Sequence record: NC_052659.1
Reading direction: 5' to 3' (one strand)
DNA: 64,000 nucleotides
Origin: Escherichia phage nieznany
This document shows positions 36,221 to 46,253 of the stretch, piece by piece (the first letter of the stretch is position 1; each line of letters opens with the position of its first letter). The notes below the pieces were generated by a model. It saw only the letters and a list, made by a program, of their open reading frames with translations. It made no database searches and was not told where the DNA came from. A program made the position numbers and the translations under genes.

Positions 36221-36579
36221 GAGAAATGATTGTAGATGTTGTTATTAATGGTCAACGTTATGTGCCTGTTGTAGAGAAAGCTGAACCAGATGCTTTAGAT
36301 GTTGTTTTTGAAGACGATGATCTTGGAACTGTTACTGTGCGTGAATATTTCAGACGACTGCTCTCTACACTTTGGGAAGAAGAAGACAGTTTCAGTGGAA
36401 AACGCCCTTTCGGTAACTCTTGCTGGCAGTTCGATTTGATTATTGGTTTGATCGATGCTGGCTACCTGGAAGGTAAAGTTTATCGTGATGAAGATGGTGG
36501 TATAGAAGATACCGACTATGATCGTGAAGAAGCAGATAAACTCATCCAGGGTCTGATCGCACGTATGTGTTTAGGTTAA
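36217..36579 (+). CDS. hypothetical acidic protein
   Basis: 120-aa ORF, AAGGAGG RBS. Confidence 0.45.
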   Translation: MREMIVDVVINGQRYVPVVEKAEPDALDVVFEDDDLGTVTVREYFRRLLSTLWEEEDSFSGKRPFGNSCWQFDLIIGLIDAGYLEGKVYRDEDGGIEDTDYDREEADKLIQGLIARMCLG

Positions 36580-36580
36580 T

Positions 36581-36949
36581 ATGAAGGTATTAAACTTTTA
36601 CCATTTAGGCAAAACAATCCCAGATGGTGCTGTTTATATTGGTAGAGCAATGCCACATATGGGACTAAAAGCCTCTAAGTTTGCAAACCCTTTTAAGTTA
36701 AAAGATGATGAACCACGAGGATCAACTATACAAAGGTATAAAGAGTGGTTGTGGGAGCAAATTCGTTGTGGTAAGATCACTCTTGAAGATTTATTAGAGT
36801 TAGAAGGGAAAGATTTAGTTTGCTTCTGCTCCCCTCAACCTTGTCATGGAGATGTATTGATAGCAGCCGTGGCCTGGGCTAGAAAAGAGTGGGACAAAAG
36901 GCATCCTACTTATGTAGACAATTATTGGATTTGGGAGGAGAATTTTTGA
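36581..36949 (+). CDS. DUF4326-like protein
   Basis: YIGR..GL..S.FANPF ... LVCFCSPQPCHGDVL pattern. Confidence 0.4.
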   Translation: MKVLNFYHLGKTIPDGAVYIGRAMPHMGLKASKFANPFKLKDDEPRGSTIQRYKEWLWEQIRCGKITLEDLLELEGKDLVCFCSPQPCHGDVLIAAVAWARKEWDKRHPTYVDNYWIWEENF

Positions 36950-37299
36950 AAAATATTATTGATGTAGATGTGTTTGGTATCACAACACTACAAGACAAAC
37001 AAGCAACATTGTATTACCATAAAAAAGAGGACCAAGCTTACATCTACATCGGGGCAGAAAAGTTTGGTGTCGGAGATATGGTTTTAAATGTTGAAGGAGA
37101 TCTCCCTTTAGAACAAAAGTTGAAAGTTTTTCGTTTCACAGGAGATGTTAAACTAGACGGCGTTATCGCAATCCTACAAGAAGACCATTATTATATGGTA
37201 ACTTTCGTTACTCCTGCTTTCTCTGGTCTTAATGGAGAAGAAGCTCTTAATGATGTTATTATCTTAAAGATTGGTAATGCTCTAAACGATGTAAACTAA
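36946..37299 (+). CDS. hypothetical protein
   Basis: TTG start after GGGAGGAG RBS; track ORF 36889 shortened. Confidence 0.4.
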   Translation: MKNIIDVDVFGITTLQDKQATLYYHKKEDQAYIYIGAEKFGVGDMVLNVEGDLPLEQKLKVFRFTGDVKLDGVIAILQEDHYYMVTFVTPAFSGLNGEEALNDVIILKIGNALNDVN

Positions 37300-37306
37300 A
37301 GGGGGA

Positions 37307-37822
37307 GTGAGTATGTTCTTTGATGCAAATTCTCTTTTTGTATCTACAGCAGGGCAGTCTGCTGTTAATGCAGAATTTGAGGAAAGAGAAGAATGGATTG
37401 ATAATCACAACTACGATCCAAGTAATTTAAACTGGTGCAGTTTGGATGTTGGTAATCTTAGTAGAGATAATGCACTTAGAGCATACTACTCTGTATATAC
37501 TGTTGACAATCTTTATCAATACTACGTGTTTCGTAGTCTTATTGTTAATCTTAATTTAGCTGGACGTTTAAAGAACAATAAGGCATTCACATTGGGACAT
37601 TATATTCCCTTCCGTAAAGGTGGTGTGCATTTTCCATGTAATTGGATTATTCAAACACGAAAAGAAAACAGTTTAGCAGGAGACACCATGCCAAGATTTA
37701 AAGATAAGTGGACATGGGAAAAACAAATGGGATACATTAATGCACATTTGCCACCTAATCTAAAAGAACCTTACGCCAGCAGAGCTAAGGAAATGATGAG
37801 GATTGTCAAGAGTTTTTATTAA
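37307..37822 (+). CDS. hypothetical protein
   Basis: 171-aa ORF, GGGGGAG RBS. Confidence 0.45.
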   Translation: MSMFFDANSLFVSTAGQSAVNAEFEEREEWIDNHNYDPSNLNWCSLDVGNLSRDNALRAYYSVYTVDNLYQYYVFRSLIVNLNLAGRLKNNKAFTLGHYIPFRKGGVHFPCNWIIQTRKENSLAGDTMPRFKDKWTWEKQMGYINAHLPPNLKEPYASRAKEMMRIVKSFY

Positions 37823-37836
37823 GAGAGGAGAAATAC

Positions 37837-39429
37837 GTGTCTACACAATTGAGTTTTACACCTACCGACGAACAATACGCTATTGAAAGTGGGTATCAAG
37901 AAAATCGTTTCGTTACAATTCAAGCTAAATCTGGATCAGGTAAAACGTCAACACTGTATATGTTGGCTAATGGCACAAATGATAGTATTCTATACTTGGC
38001 ATTTAACAAAAGTATGGCAGAGGAAGCTCGACGTAAAATGCCACCTAATGTTATGTGCCGAACGCTACATTCTATCTGTTATCAGCGTCTTCCACAAAAC
38101 CTTCGACACAAATTATCTCGTCCAGAAGGTCAATATGTTAACGTAGCTGGAACTGGTAGTGAGATTGCCAAAAAATTCAAGATTCAGAACTTGATTGATA
38201 AGAATGGTAAAGTGCTACTGACTCGTGCAATGATTGGGTTAATGGTAAAACAAACTTTAGCTAAATATGAGTTTTCTGACGATGAACATATTGGACATAA
38301 ACATTTTCCTAAAGTGCATATGTCAGATCTTAAACGTAAAAACATCAACGAACAAAAACTTATTAACGAAGTTGTTAAATATGCGAAGCAACTTTGGCGT
38401 GAGCGTATTGATCCTAAATCAGAAACCATTATGACTCATGACACCTATGTGAAACTCTTTGAATTGAGTAAAGAAGATTTAGGATACGATATTATTTTTG
38501 GAGATGAATTCCAGGATGTTAACCCTGCATTCCTGTCTATCCTTCGCAATGCTAAATCGGCTAAACGTATTGTTGTTGTGGGTGATGAATTTCAGAGTAT
38601 TTATCAGTTCCGTGGAAGCCAGAACATGATGAAGCAAACAGCTACATATGGGGTTGAGTTGCCTCTGACAGCTTGTTTTCGCTTTGGTCCTAAAGTTGCG
38701 GACATTGCTAATGCGATCCTTTCTGATCGCTCACCTCTGAAGCATCCGCTGGTAGGAAAAGGTTATGATACTGTCACTGGAAGTTTTCATTCTGATGTGG
38801 TAGATTATAGTAAACCTTACACCATTATTTTCCGTAAAAATTTGACTCTGTTGCTCGAAGCTATGGACCGAATTGCTAACGGAGAAGAAATTATTATTAA
38901 CGTAGATACCAAAGACTTCATTTCTATGGTTGATAGTGTTAATGCTTTACGTAGAGGTGATTTGGACAAAGTTAAGCATGAGACAGTTCTACCTTACACT
39001 TCTTGGGAAGAATTTGTAGAGTGTGCAGAATCAGATCCTGATGCAAAACGACTTTTAAACATTGTTGTTTCTGGTAAAGCTAATAATATTGCATACACTC
39101 TACGTATGCACCGTAACTCTCCAACGGCTAAAGTTACTTTAACTACAGCCCATAAATCAAAAGGTTTGGAGTGGGATCAGGTTATTGTTGCAAATGACTT
39201 CCCTTCCAATTATGATAAGAAGGGTGAGTGGGTAGGTCTTGAAGAATCAGAACGAAATCTTCTGTATGTTGCACATACACGTTGTATTAAATGTCTGCAA
39301 TGGAACCGGACTGTTCAAGAGATTTTAGACATGCATCGTTTAGGTAAGAGCACGGCTCCTGTATCCGAAGAAGATAAGCTCATAGCTGCCCTTGCTCGTA
39401 AGATTAATCAAATCAGAGAGGATCGTTAA
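37837..39429 (+). CDS. superfamily 1 DNA helicase (UvrD/RecD-like)
   Basis: Walker A AKSGSGKTS; motif II-like GDEFQ; GTG start after AGAGGAG. Confidence 0.6.
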   Translation: MSTQLSFTPTDEQYAIESGYQENRFVTIQAKSGSGKTSTLYMLANGTNDSILYLAFNKSMAEEARRKMPPNVMCRTLHSICYQRLPQNLRHKLSRPEGQYVNVAGTGSEIAKKFKIQNLIDKNGKVLLTRAMIGLMVKQTLAKYEFSDDEHIGHKHFPKVHMSDLKRKNINEQKLINEVVKYAKQLWRERIDPKSETIMTHDTYVKLFELSKEDLGYDIIFGDEFQDVNPAFLSILRNAKSAKRIVVVGDEFQSIYQFRGSQNMMKQTATYGVELPLTACFRFGPKVADIANAILSDRSPLKHPLVGKGYDTVTGSFHSDVVDYSKPYTIIFRKNLTLLLEAMDRIANGEEIIINVDTKDFISMVDSVNALRRGDLDKVKHETVLPYTSWEEFVECAESDPDAKRLLNIVVSGKANNIAYTLRMHRNSPTAKVTLTTAHKSKGLEWDQVIVANDFPSNYDKKGEWVGLEESERNLLYVAHTRCIKCLQWNRTVQEILDMHRLGKSTAPVSEEDKLIAALARKINQIREDR

Positions 39430-39681
39430 ATGGCAGGGTATCACATAACAAATATTAAGAAGCAACCTTATGGCAGTATAGAAAAGATTAAAGAGGAAGT
39501 AGAAGAACTTTTTGATGCTGTTGAACAGGATTGCAAAATAATGCAACTTGTTGAATTGTCAGATATTATAGGTGCTGTCGAGGGAGTTTTAGAACAACAG
39601 TTCCCAGGTACGACTTTACAAGATTTGATCATTATGTCAAACATTACTAAACGTGCGTTTCGCACAGGAGGAAGGTCATGA
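39430..39681 (+). CDS. MazG-like nucleotide pyrophosphohydrolase (small all-alpha NTP-PPase)
   Basis: KIKEEVEELFDAVEQD EExxE-type motif. Confidence 0.45.
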   Translation: MAGYHITNIKKQPYGSIEKIKEEVEELFDAVEQDCKIMQLVELSDIIGAVEGVLEQQFPGTTLQDLIIMSNITKRAFRTGGRS

Positions 39682-40235
39682 ACACAGGTGTGATTGCCGA
39701 AGCCATCCAGAGTTATGGACGCTTTGCTGAAATGTTAGATGTTCCTTATTTAGTGGATGCAGATATTTTGGCATTCACACTGCCACCTGGCAAAGAAGAT
39801 GCTCCTTTGGGGCATCCTAATGGGAAGTTTTATGTTGCCAGTGCCGAGCAATCATTCTTGCAAATGGAAAAGGATGGCTACGAGTTTATCGCTGGTCATC
39901 CCTACATGGCCCTGACACCATGTTACCGCACAGAGGAAGTGTTGGATGATTCTCACTTCAACATCTTCTTGAAGCTGGAGTTGATTGAGTTCTATCCCAG
40001 CTTTGGTGAAGTGAAAGAGTATGCCGAAGAAATGCGATACTTCTTCTGGACCTACTACAAAGTCCAAACAAGAATTGTAGAAACAGAAATAGGGCTTGAC
40101 GTGGAAGACATGAATGGTTTAGAATTAGGGTCATTCGGAACAAGATTGTCCCCACAAGGTCATCCATATATTTATGCAACAGCCATAGCCGAACCTCGTG
40201 CATCTATGGCAATTAACAGGAGGAATCATGATTAA
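39678..40235 (+). CDS. hypothetical protein
   Basis: 185-aa ORF. Confidence 0.45.
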   Translation: MNTGVIAEAIQSYGRFAEMLDVPYLVDADILAFTLPPGKEDAPLGHPNGKFYVASAEQSFLQMEKDGYEFIAGHPYMALTPCYRTEEVLDDSHFNIFLKLELIEFYPSFGEVKEYAEEMRYFFWTYYKVQTRIVETEIGLDVEDMNGLELGSFGTRLSPQGHPYIYATAIAEPRASMAINRRNHD

Positions 40236-41613
40236 TAAATTTGCCCGTAAACAGGAAGTTGCTGAAGCAGCACGTCGCGCTGGTGTGTATGACAAATTGT
40301 GTGAAGGTATTGTGAAGGTGTATGGCTGGGAGGGAGAAGATGATCCAACCTGTTCAGGTGATTTTGCAATGAACGATATGACCTTCCCATATATTTCCTA
40401 CAATGCCTCCACTGGTGAAATAAACGGTGTAACCAGCACCAGTGTTGATCGTTATCCAGATGCAGAACAAACCACAGGAGGTTACATGTTAGATCTGATT
40501 CTTAAGAAATCAGGGTTATTGGGAATCGAAGACGTTTTCGTAGATGCAGATAGTTTATCATTAGGAGATGTTGTTAAACTACTGGTAGACTTTAGATTTG
40601 CAACAGGTAAAAGCTTCTGGAAGCCAGAAGATGCTGAACGTTTGAAGACAATCGATCCAAGTATGTATGAACTGCCACAATATAAAGATAAACAATTCCG
40701 CAAGGTTATCTTCTTTGATCGTCAAGCAGGCTTAGATGCAATGCATATTGAAGTTGGGGATTTACCACGCCCACACTCTGCTGCTACTGGTGATCGCGGC
40801 CTTGTAGAAGTCACGGCTCAAGAATTTAAAAATATGTTTGCTGCGAAATACGATGAAGCTGCGCCTGTGCCAAGTATTGAGGAGCAAGAGGAAGAACAGT
40901 TTGTAGCGGAAGATACTGCATTTGAATATCTGCCGAACACAGGTGTTATGCCTTCAGAAGATTTCGTGCAGGTTCGCTTCAACAATGGTCAAACAGATGT
41001 TGCTAAGGGAACAGTATTCACTTGGAATATCGACAATCTGGAAGAGTGGGCGATTAAAGAATACTTCATTCTCCCGCGCACGGCAAAATACAACTATAAT
41101 AATGGTGGACACCGCCCTTGTGGTGGTCACGTAGAAGTTCTCTTTCGTGACGGAACTACGGATAGTGGATCGGCTACGCATTTCACTTGGGGTCATGTTG
41201 GATATGATCGGGATATTGTTGGTTGGCTTCCAACTAACAACCCTAAACCACGTTACCGTAAGCCTCGTAAGAAGCCTCCGGTAGGTAAGAAGAGTGTCGT
41301 TCGTGTCCTCTACACTACGCAACAGACCTACACATTTAAAAATGTGGTAGACGTGCAAGTAACCGAGGAGCGAGTTTATATCCAATATGATCGTGAAGTT
41401 ACAGAGGGTATCAAAGAATCGGTTACTACCGAAATTGAAAATAAGCTTGTTATGGCAATCATTGTGGAAGAAAGTAAAGTAGAGAACGGTAAAGCCTATA
41501 CTGTTCGTGATAGCTTCTTGCGTAATATCGATGGAACCTGGGATTACAATGGACACGATGGGACCGCTGTGAAGAACGGTAAGATCATGGGAAGACAATT
41601 CCTCTCCAAATGA
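40228..41613 (+). CDS. hypothetical protein (461 aa)
   Basis: ATG 40228 after AGGAGG; long ORF with no recognised motif. Confidence 0.5.
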   Translation: MINKFARKQEVAEAARRAGVYDKLCEGIVKVYGWEGEDDPTCSGDFAMNDMTFPYISYNASTGEINGVTSTSVDRYPDAEQTTGGYMLDLILKKSGLLGIEDVFVDADSLSLGDVVKLLVDFRFATGKSFWKPEDAERLKTIDPSMYELPQYKDKQFRKVIFFDRQAGLDAMHIEVGDLPRPHSAATGDRGLVEVTAQEFKNMFAAKYDEAAPVPSIEEQEEEQFVAEDTAFEYLPNTGVMPSEDFVQVRFNNGQTDVAKGTVFTWNIDNLEEWAIKEYFILPRTAKYNYNNGGHRPCGGHVEVLFRDGTTDSGSATHFTWGHVGYDRDIVGWLPTNNPKPRYRKPRKKPPVGKKSVVRVLYTTQQTYTFKNVVDVQVTEERVYIQYDREVTEGIKESVTTEIENKLVMAIIVEESKVENGKAYTVRDSFLRNIDGTWDYNGHDGTAVKNGKIMGRQFLSK

Positions 41614-41623
41614 TAAAACTTAA

Positions 41624-41648
41624 AGGCGCACTTTGCGCCTTTTTTGAT
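41624..41648 (+). terminator. rho-independent terminator
   Basis: AGGCGCACTTTGCGCCT hairpin followed by TTTTTTG. Confidence 0.5.
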
Positions 41649-41716
41649 TTCCCTCAAAGCTTTTTTCGGTTGGAAGAGGTAGAATAATAGTTCTACTCAC
41701 AAAATAAGGATTAATA

Positions 41717-42589
41717 ATGAAAGATTTGTACCAAGATGTTTTTTCTTTTTTAGATCGCACTTCAGAAACATACACTAGAGAGAATGCAAACAAACCTTCC
41801 CACCTCGTTAACACGCATAGGGATCTCTTGGCGGGGATTTTAAGCAAACATATGGCAATGACACAGATACTGCCAAAAAACTTGTCAGAATGGCATACAG
41901 AAGGTTTTGGACATATTCACGACTTGGATTATCTGCTCTCTCCTCTTACAAACTGTTGTCTTGTTAATTATCAAGATATGTTAGAGAATGGTTTTAAGAT
42001 CGGTGCTGCACAGATAGAAAAACCAAAATCTATTGGAGTAGCTACTACCGTGCTAACTCAAATCATCCAAGCTGTTGCCTCCAGTCAGTATGGAGGTCAG
42101 ACGTGTGCGCACATTGATAAAGGTCTTAGTCCTTATGTTGAAGCTAGTTTCCTTAAAAACATGGAGATAACCAAACGTCGCTACGGTTGTTATGCAAGGA
42201 AAGAAGCCCTAGAAATGACCGAACAAGATGTATATGACGCTATGCAAACTCTTTTGTATCAGGTTAACACTTTAATGAGTGTTAATGGACAATCTCCTTT
42301 TATTACAATCAGTATGGGTCTGGATACCTCTGTTTTTGGCAGAATGATCACAGCTAACTATCTTAAAGTGCATAGTAACGGTCTAGGTAAAGATCATGTA
42401 ACGCCTGTATTCCCTAAAGTTATTTTCTTTTTACAAGAAGGTGTTAACATGAAACCTAGTGATCCTAACTACGACCTTAAGCAACAAGCTTTGGCATGTT
42501 GTGCTGATCGTATTTATCCAGATTTTATTTCTGTTCCTTTGAACAAAGAAGTTACGGGGTCAGCAGATGGCACTGTTACGAGTATGGGT
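41717..42589 (+). CDS. nrdD: anaerobic ribonucleoside-triphosphate reductase NrdD, exon 1
   Basis: N-terminal half of class III RNR; frame ends in stop shortly after proposed 5' splice site (..TSMG). Confidence 0.65.
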
Positions 42590-43360
42590 AAACTATAACT
42601 GCTCATGTAAAATCTGCCTAAACGGGGGAACTCTCAACAGAGACAATCCCGTGCTAAACGTAACAGAACTCCCAACACAGAAGAAGGGGGGTACTGATAT
42701 GAGAAAACAAATTCGTGATTTTGAAGGGTATGAAATTGACGAGCTTGGAAATGTTTATTGTACCAGGTATAAGGATGAAAGAATCCTTCGCTCGTGGGAA
42801 GAAATAAACACAGGATACCAACTTGTCAGAATACGTAAAAACAAGAAAACTGTTTGCTTTCGGGTGCACAGACTTGTAGCTGAAGCGTTTTTACCCAATC
42901 CAGACAATTTACCTTATGTGAAGCATAAAGGTGACAATAGGAAAGACAACAGTGTATACAATCTTGAGTGGGGATCTTGTCCAGACAACACGCAAGAGGG
43001 TTACGATAATAACTGTTATGCTTTCTACACAAGGTGTCACAGTGTAAAAGCTACTCATAAGGCTACTGGTGAAGTTTTTTACTTTAAAAGTCTGAGATGT
43101 TGTGCTGACGCTTTAGGGTTGGACAGAAAAAGAATATCTGCAATCTTAAAGCAAGGAGCACCAAATAATTATGATTATGAGTTCTGTTACGAAATGCCTA
43201 ACGACTAGCTGTGATGAATGTAGCAGCGTAGGGTGTAAGCCTATGACACCCCAAATGGTAGACATGCTTTAAGCATGAAGATATAGTCTGATCTGCATGG
43301 TGACATGCAGCAGCACGTAATGGTGCGGGAGTGGCCTTGCGAGCCACTTTGAACATAATG
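42590..43360 (+). mobile_element. group I intron (putative) interrupting nrdD, carrying HNH homing endonuclease ORF
   Basis: Exon 1 ends with T; intron ends with G before TGT(Cys); splicing restores frame giving ..TSMG-CRSFLSYY.. and about 604-aa NrdD. Confidence 0.5.
42699..43208 (+). CDS. HNH homing endonuclease (intron-encoded)
   Basis: GYEIDELGNVY ... VHRLVAEAF ... KHKGDNRKDNSVYNLEW HNH family pattern; own RBS. Confidence 0.6.
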   Translation: MRKQIRDFEGYEIDELGNVYCTRYKDERILRSWEEINTGYQLVRIRKNKKTVCFRVHRLVAEAFLPNPDNLPYVKHKGDNRKDNSVYNLEWGSCPDNTQEGYDNNCYAFYTRCHSVKATHKATGEVFYFKSLRCCADALGLDRKRISAILKQGAPNNYDYEFCYEMPND

Positions 43361-44302
43361 TGTAGAAGTTTCTTGTCATACTATGCAACAGAGCAAGGAG
43401 AAAAATATGATGGACGATTCAACCTTGGAGTAGTTTCTATCAACTTGCCTCTGATTGCTGCGGAAGCGAGAAGTAAAGGAGAATCTTTCACCGATCTTCT
43501 TAATAAACATATGGAGATAGCCTACGATGCTCACATGCTACGTGTAAACCGTATCAGACATACCAAAGCATCTGAAAACCCTATTCTTTTCATGGAAGGG
43601 GCTTTAGCGCGTTTAAATGCCAACGATGAAATTGGTGCTTTGTTTGAAGGTGGTTATGCTTCTATTAGTATTGGTTATGTAGGTCTTGCCGAAGCTTTGG
43701 AAATCCTTTATCCAGAGGAAAAAGATAAAAAGGAACTAGGTAAAAACATTCTGCAACATATGAAAGATGTGTGTGCTGTGTTTAAAGAACGATCTAAGTT
43801 GGCATTTAGTCTTTATGGAACTCCAGCAGAATCCTTGTGCTATAAATTTGCAACAGCTTTAAATGAAAAATATCCAGGTCTGGTAGAAAGAGACTATCTT
43901 ACTAATTCTTTTCATCAACCTGTATGGTTGGTAACAAATCCTTTTGAAAAATGGGATTATGAAGCAGGTTTTGCACAGATTAGCAATGGTGGTAACATAA
44001 GTTATGTCGAAACACCAAACTTAAAGAATAACTTAGAAGCTTTGGAGACTTTAGTAGACTACGCTTATGAACATATTCACTATTTTGGTATTAATCAGCC
44101 CGTGGATCAATGCTTTAAGTGTGGTTTTCATGGAGAATTTAAGGCAACGGCTAAAGGGTTTGAGTGTCCTAATTGTGGCAACCATGAAGAAGAAACTATT
44201 TCTGTAGTTAGACGTGTATCAGGGTATCTTTCTGCCCCTAATTCACGGCCTTATAACAAAGGTAAAATGCAGGAAGTTTTGCAAAGGGAGAAACATCTTT
44301 GA
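43361..44302 (+). CDS. nrdD: anaerobic ribonucleoside-triphosphate reductase NrdD, exon 2
   Basis: C-terminal Zn ribbon CFKCG..CPNCG and glycyl-radical motif RRVSGYL. Confidence 0.65.
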   Translation, partial: CRSFLSYYATEQGEKYDGRFNLGVVSINLPLIAAEARSKGESFTDLLNKHMEIAYDAHMLRVNRIRHTKASENPILFMEGALARLNANDEIGALFEGGYASISIGYVGLAEALEILYPEEKDKKELGKNILQHMKDVCAVFKERSKLAFSLYGTPAESLCYKFATALNEKYPGLVERDYLTNSFHQPVWLVTNPFEKWDYEAGFAQISNGGNISYVETPNLKNNLEALETLVDYAYEHIHYFGINQPVDQCFKCGFHGEFKATAKGFECPNCGNHEEETISVVRRVSGYLSAPNSRPYNKGKMQEVLQREKHL

Positions 44303-44769
44303 ATTTTGCAGGATATGAACCTGTAGATCTTATTAATGGTGAGGGAGTTAGGTGCTCCCTCTGGGTTAGTGGTTGTAGCCACGGTTGTCGTGGCTGTTTT
44401 AACCAAAAAGCCTGGTCTTATTCTTATGGGAAACCGTTTACTGACGAAAATGTAGAGCAAGTTTTAAAAGATTTGTCAAGACCATTTGTAAAAGGTTTAA
44501 CAATTTTAGGAGGAGAACCATTAGATCCGCAGAATATTCACAATGTTAAAAGCCTTATAGAAAAGGTTAGAGACGTTTATGGGTCAAGCAAAGATATAAT
44601 GGTGTATACAGGATATACTTTTGAGGAAGTGCCTTTGTATATTAAAAATCTTGTTGACATTATTGTAGACGGAAAGTACGAAATAAACAATCCAACTACA
44701 AAACCTTTCAGAGGGTCAGATAATCAAAGATTATGGACCAAAACGGCAAGTGGTTGGCAATCAGATTAA
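44299..44769 (+). CDS. nrdG: anaerobic RNR activating protein NrdG (radical SAM)
   Basis: CSHGCRGC Cx3Cx2C cluster; TTG start overlapping nrdD stop. Confidence 0.6.
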   Translation: MNFAGYEPVDLINGEGVRCSLWVSGCSHGCRGCFNQKAWSYSYGKPFTDENVEQVLKDLSRPFVKGLTILGGEPLDPQNIHNVKSLIEKVRDVYGSSKDIMVYTGYTFEEVPLYIKNLVDIIVDGKYEINNPTTKPFRGSDNQRLWTKTASGWQSD

Positions 44770-44782
44770 CTTAGGAGGTTTC

Positions 44783-44974
44783 ATGGTTACATATTTTGCT
44801 GTAGGGGATAGAGTAGGGACGGCAGGAGAACTTTTGAAGAACAGTGATCGGGACGTTAAGGACATTCTTGCAACCCTTGTGGATATTTTACAAAGAAAAG
44901 AGTTGCTTTCTGATCGAGATGTTGCTAAATTACTTGATATCGGAGGAGATGAACTTCAAAGACTTCCATTTTAA
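44783..44974 (+). CDS. hypothetical protein
   Basis: ATG after AGGAGG. Confidence 0.4.
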   Translation: MVTYFAVGDRVGTAGELLKNSDRDVKDILATLVDILQRKELLSDRDVAKLLDIGGDELQRLPF

Positions 44975-44989
44975 GTGAGGAGATAAGTA

Positions 44990-45595
44990 ATGCAACATAG
45001 TGTAGTAGTCAACATGCCGAATAGTGGGGATAAATCTTTTGGTGTTCCTGCTAAAAAAGTATGGAAAGCCCATTTTCATCTTACTTTATCTAACGTTAGT
45101 TCTGAAGAGTTGATGAAAGCAGCTAAGATTATTGGTGCCAAATGCACAACAATTGATTTACATCGGGATACAAAGTCTCAACGTGATCGTATGTTAACAA
45201 AGTATCAAAGCGATCTCGACACTACTTTAATGTTGCAGTGTGTAGAAAAACTTGAGAATGCAGGTTTCAATGTTGTTCGTTACAAACTGGAACGAATGTT
45301 TAAACATGTTGCCTGTGTTCTTTTCATGGATCTAAGTAAAGAAAATTATGGAGAAGTTCACATTAAGACTTCAGCAAGTGATCCCGAAGTAGAAACAAAC
45401 TTCTTCCGTATTTCTTCTAATGCTGAAGAAATTGATTACCGATTTTATAATGCTCGCTTATATTCCGCAGAAGATAAGTTGCGTTTCAATGAAGCGTATG
45501 ATATGCTCTTGAACAGTGGGATACAGATAAAAGGCTACCACATAGAACAAGTTGTGGTAGATAGTAACTTAAATCTTGATGCGTGGTGGGCCTAG
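44990..45595 (+). CDS. hypothetical protein
   Basis: 201-aa ORF after GAGGAGA RBS. Confidence 0.45.
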   Translation: MQHSVVVNMPNSGDKSFGVPAKKVWKAHFHLTLSNVSSEELMKAAKIIGAKCTTIDLHRDTKSQRDRMLTKYQSDLDTTLMLQCVEKLENAGFNVVRYKLERMFKHVACVLFMDLSKENYGEVHIKTSASDPEVETNFFRISSNAEEIDYRFYNARLYSAEDKLRFNEAYDMLLNSGIQIKGYHIEQVVVDSNLNLDAWWA

Positions 45596-45596
45596 T

Positions 45597-46253
45597 ATGA
45601 CAATAAAACATATCTCTTTTGATGTATGGAATACTCTTATTTCTGCCAATCAAAACTATGCAGATGCACGTACGCACACTATTGCTACATATGGTAGAAT
45701 GTCTGAACGTGCGGCAAAAGAAGCGTATAAAGATGCCAAAGAAATTATGGATAATGCTGCACTAAATGGGTGTGCAGAAGGTGTAGCATATGCATGGAAT
45801 ATGTTGGGAAGAAAGATAGGTTTAACCCCTGTAGAATCTGCACAAATGCGTTTTGAATGTGAGCAATGGTTTCTTAAATTTCCTCCACATATCGCTTTAG
45901 ATTTGCCAGTTTGTTTGCTATACTTGTCTGGTAAATATGATCTTAGTATTAAAAGCAATACTAATTTTATATCTGGGGATATTTTGCGTCGTGCTTGTAT
46001 GTTCGACAGTTGGAATTGTTTTGAATTTATGCATTTTTCAGACGAACATCTGTTATGTAAACCAGATCCTAGATTCTTTGTTAGGACCGCCACATATTCA
46101 AGCATTCCTTTGAAGGCTGAAGAGATTTTACATGTTGGGGACAGCGAAGAATTTGATGGTAAATGTGTTGACATAGGGATTAACTTCTGTCATATTAAGA
46201 ACCCTAACGACTTACTAGAGAAACTTAAAAGAGGAGAAATTGTAAATGCGTAA
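45597..46253 (+). CDS. HAD-superfamily hydrolase-like protein (non-canonical motif I)
   Basis: ISFDVWNTL in place of DxDGT, and C-terminal HVGDSEEFD (GDxxxD). Confidence 0.4.
   Translation: MTIKHISFDVWNTLISANQNYADARTHTIATYGRMSERAAKEAYKDAKEIMDNAALNGCAEGVAYAWNMLGRKIGLTPVESAQMRFECEQWFLKFPPHIALDLPVCLLYLSGKYDLSIKSNTNFISGDILRRACMFDSWNCFEFMHFSDEHLLCKPDPRFFVRTATYSSIPLKAEEILHVGDSEEFDGKCVDIGINFCHIKNPNDLLEKLKRGEIVNA

Noticed and set aside
40954-41598. 214-aa antisense ORF opposite the 461-aa gene 40228..41613
   Set aside because: Fully overlaps a better-supported sense ORF with RBS; low-complexity, Ile/Phe-rich translation typical of antisense frames.
45656-46174. 172-aa minus-strand ORF within the HAD-like gene
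   Set aside because: Antisense to a motif-bearing ORF in a strictly rightward operon; no RBS.
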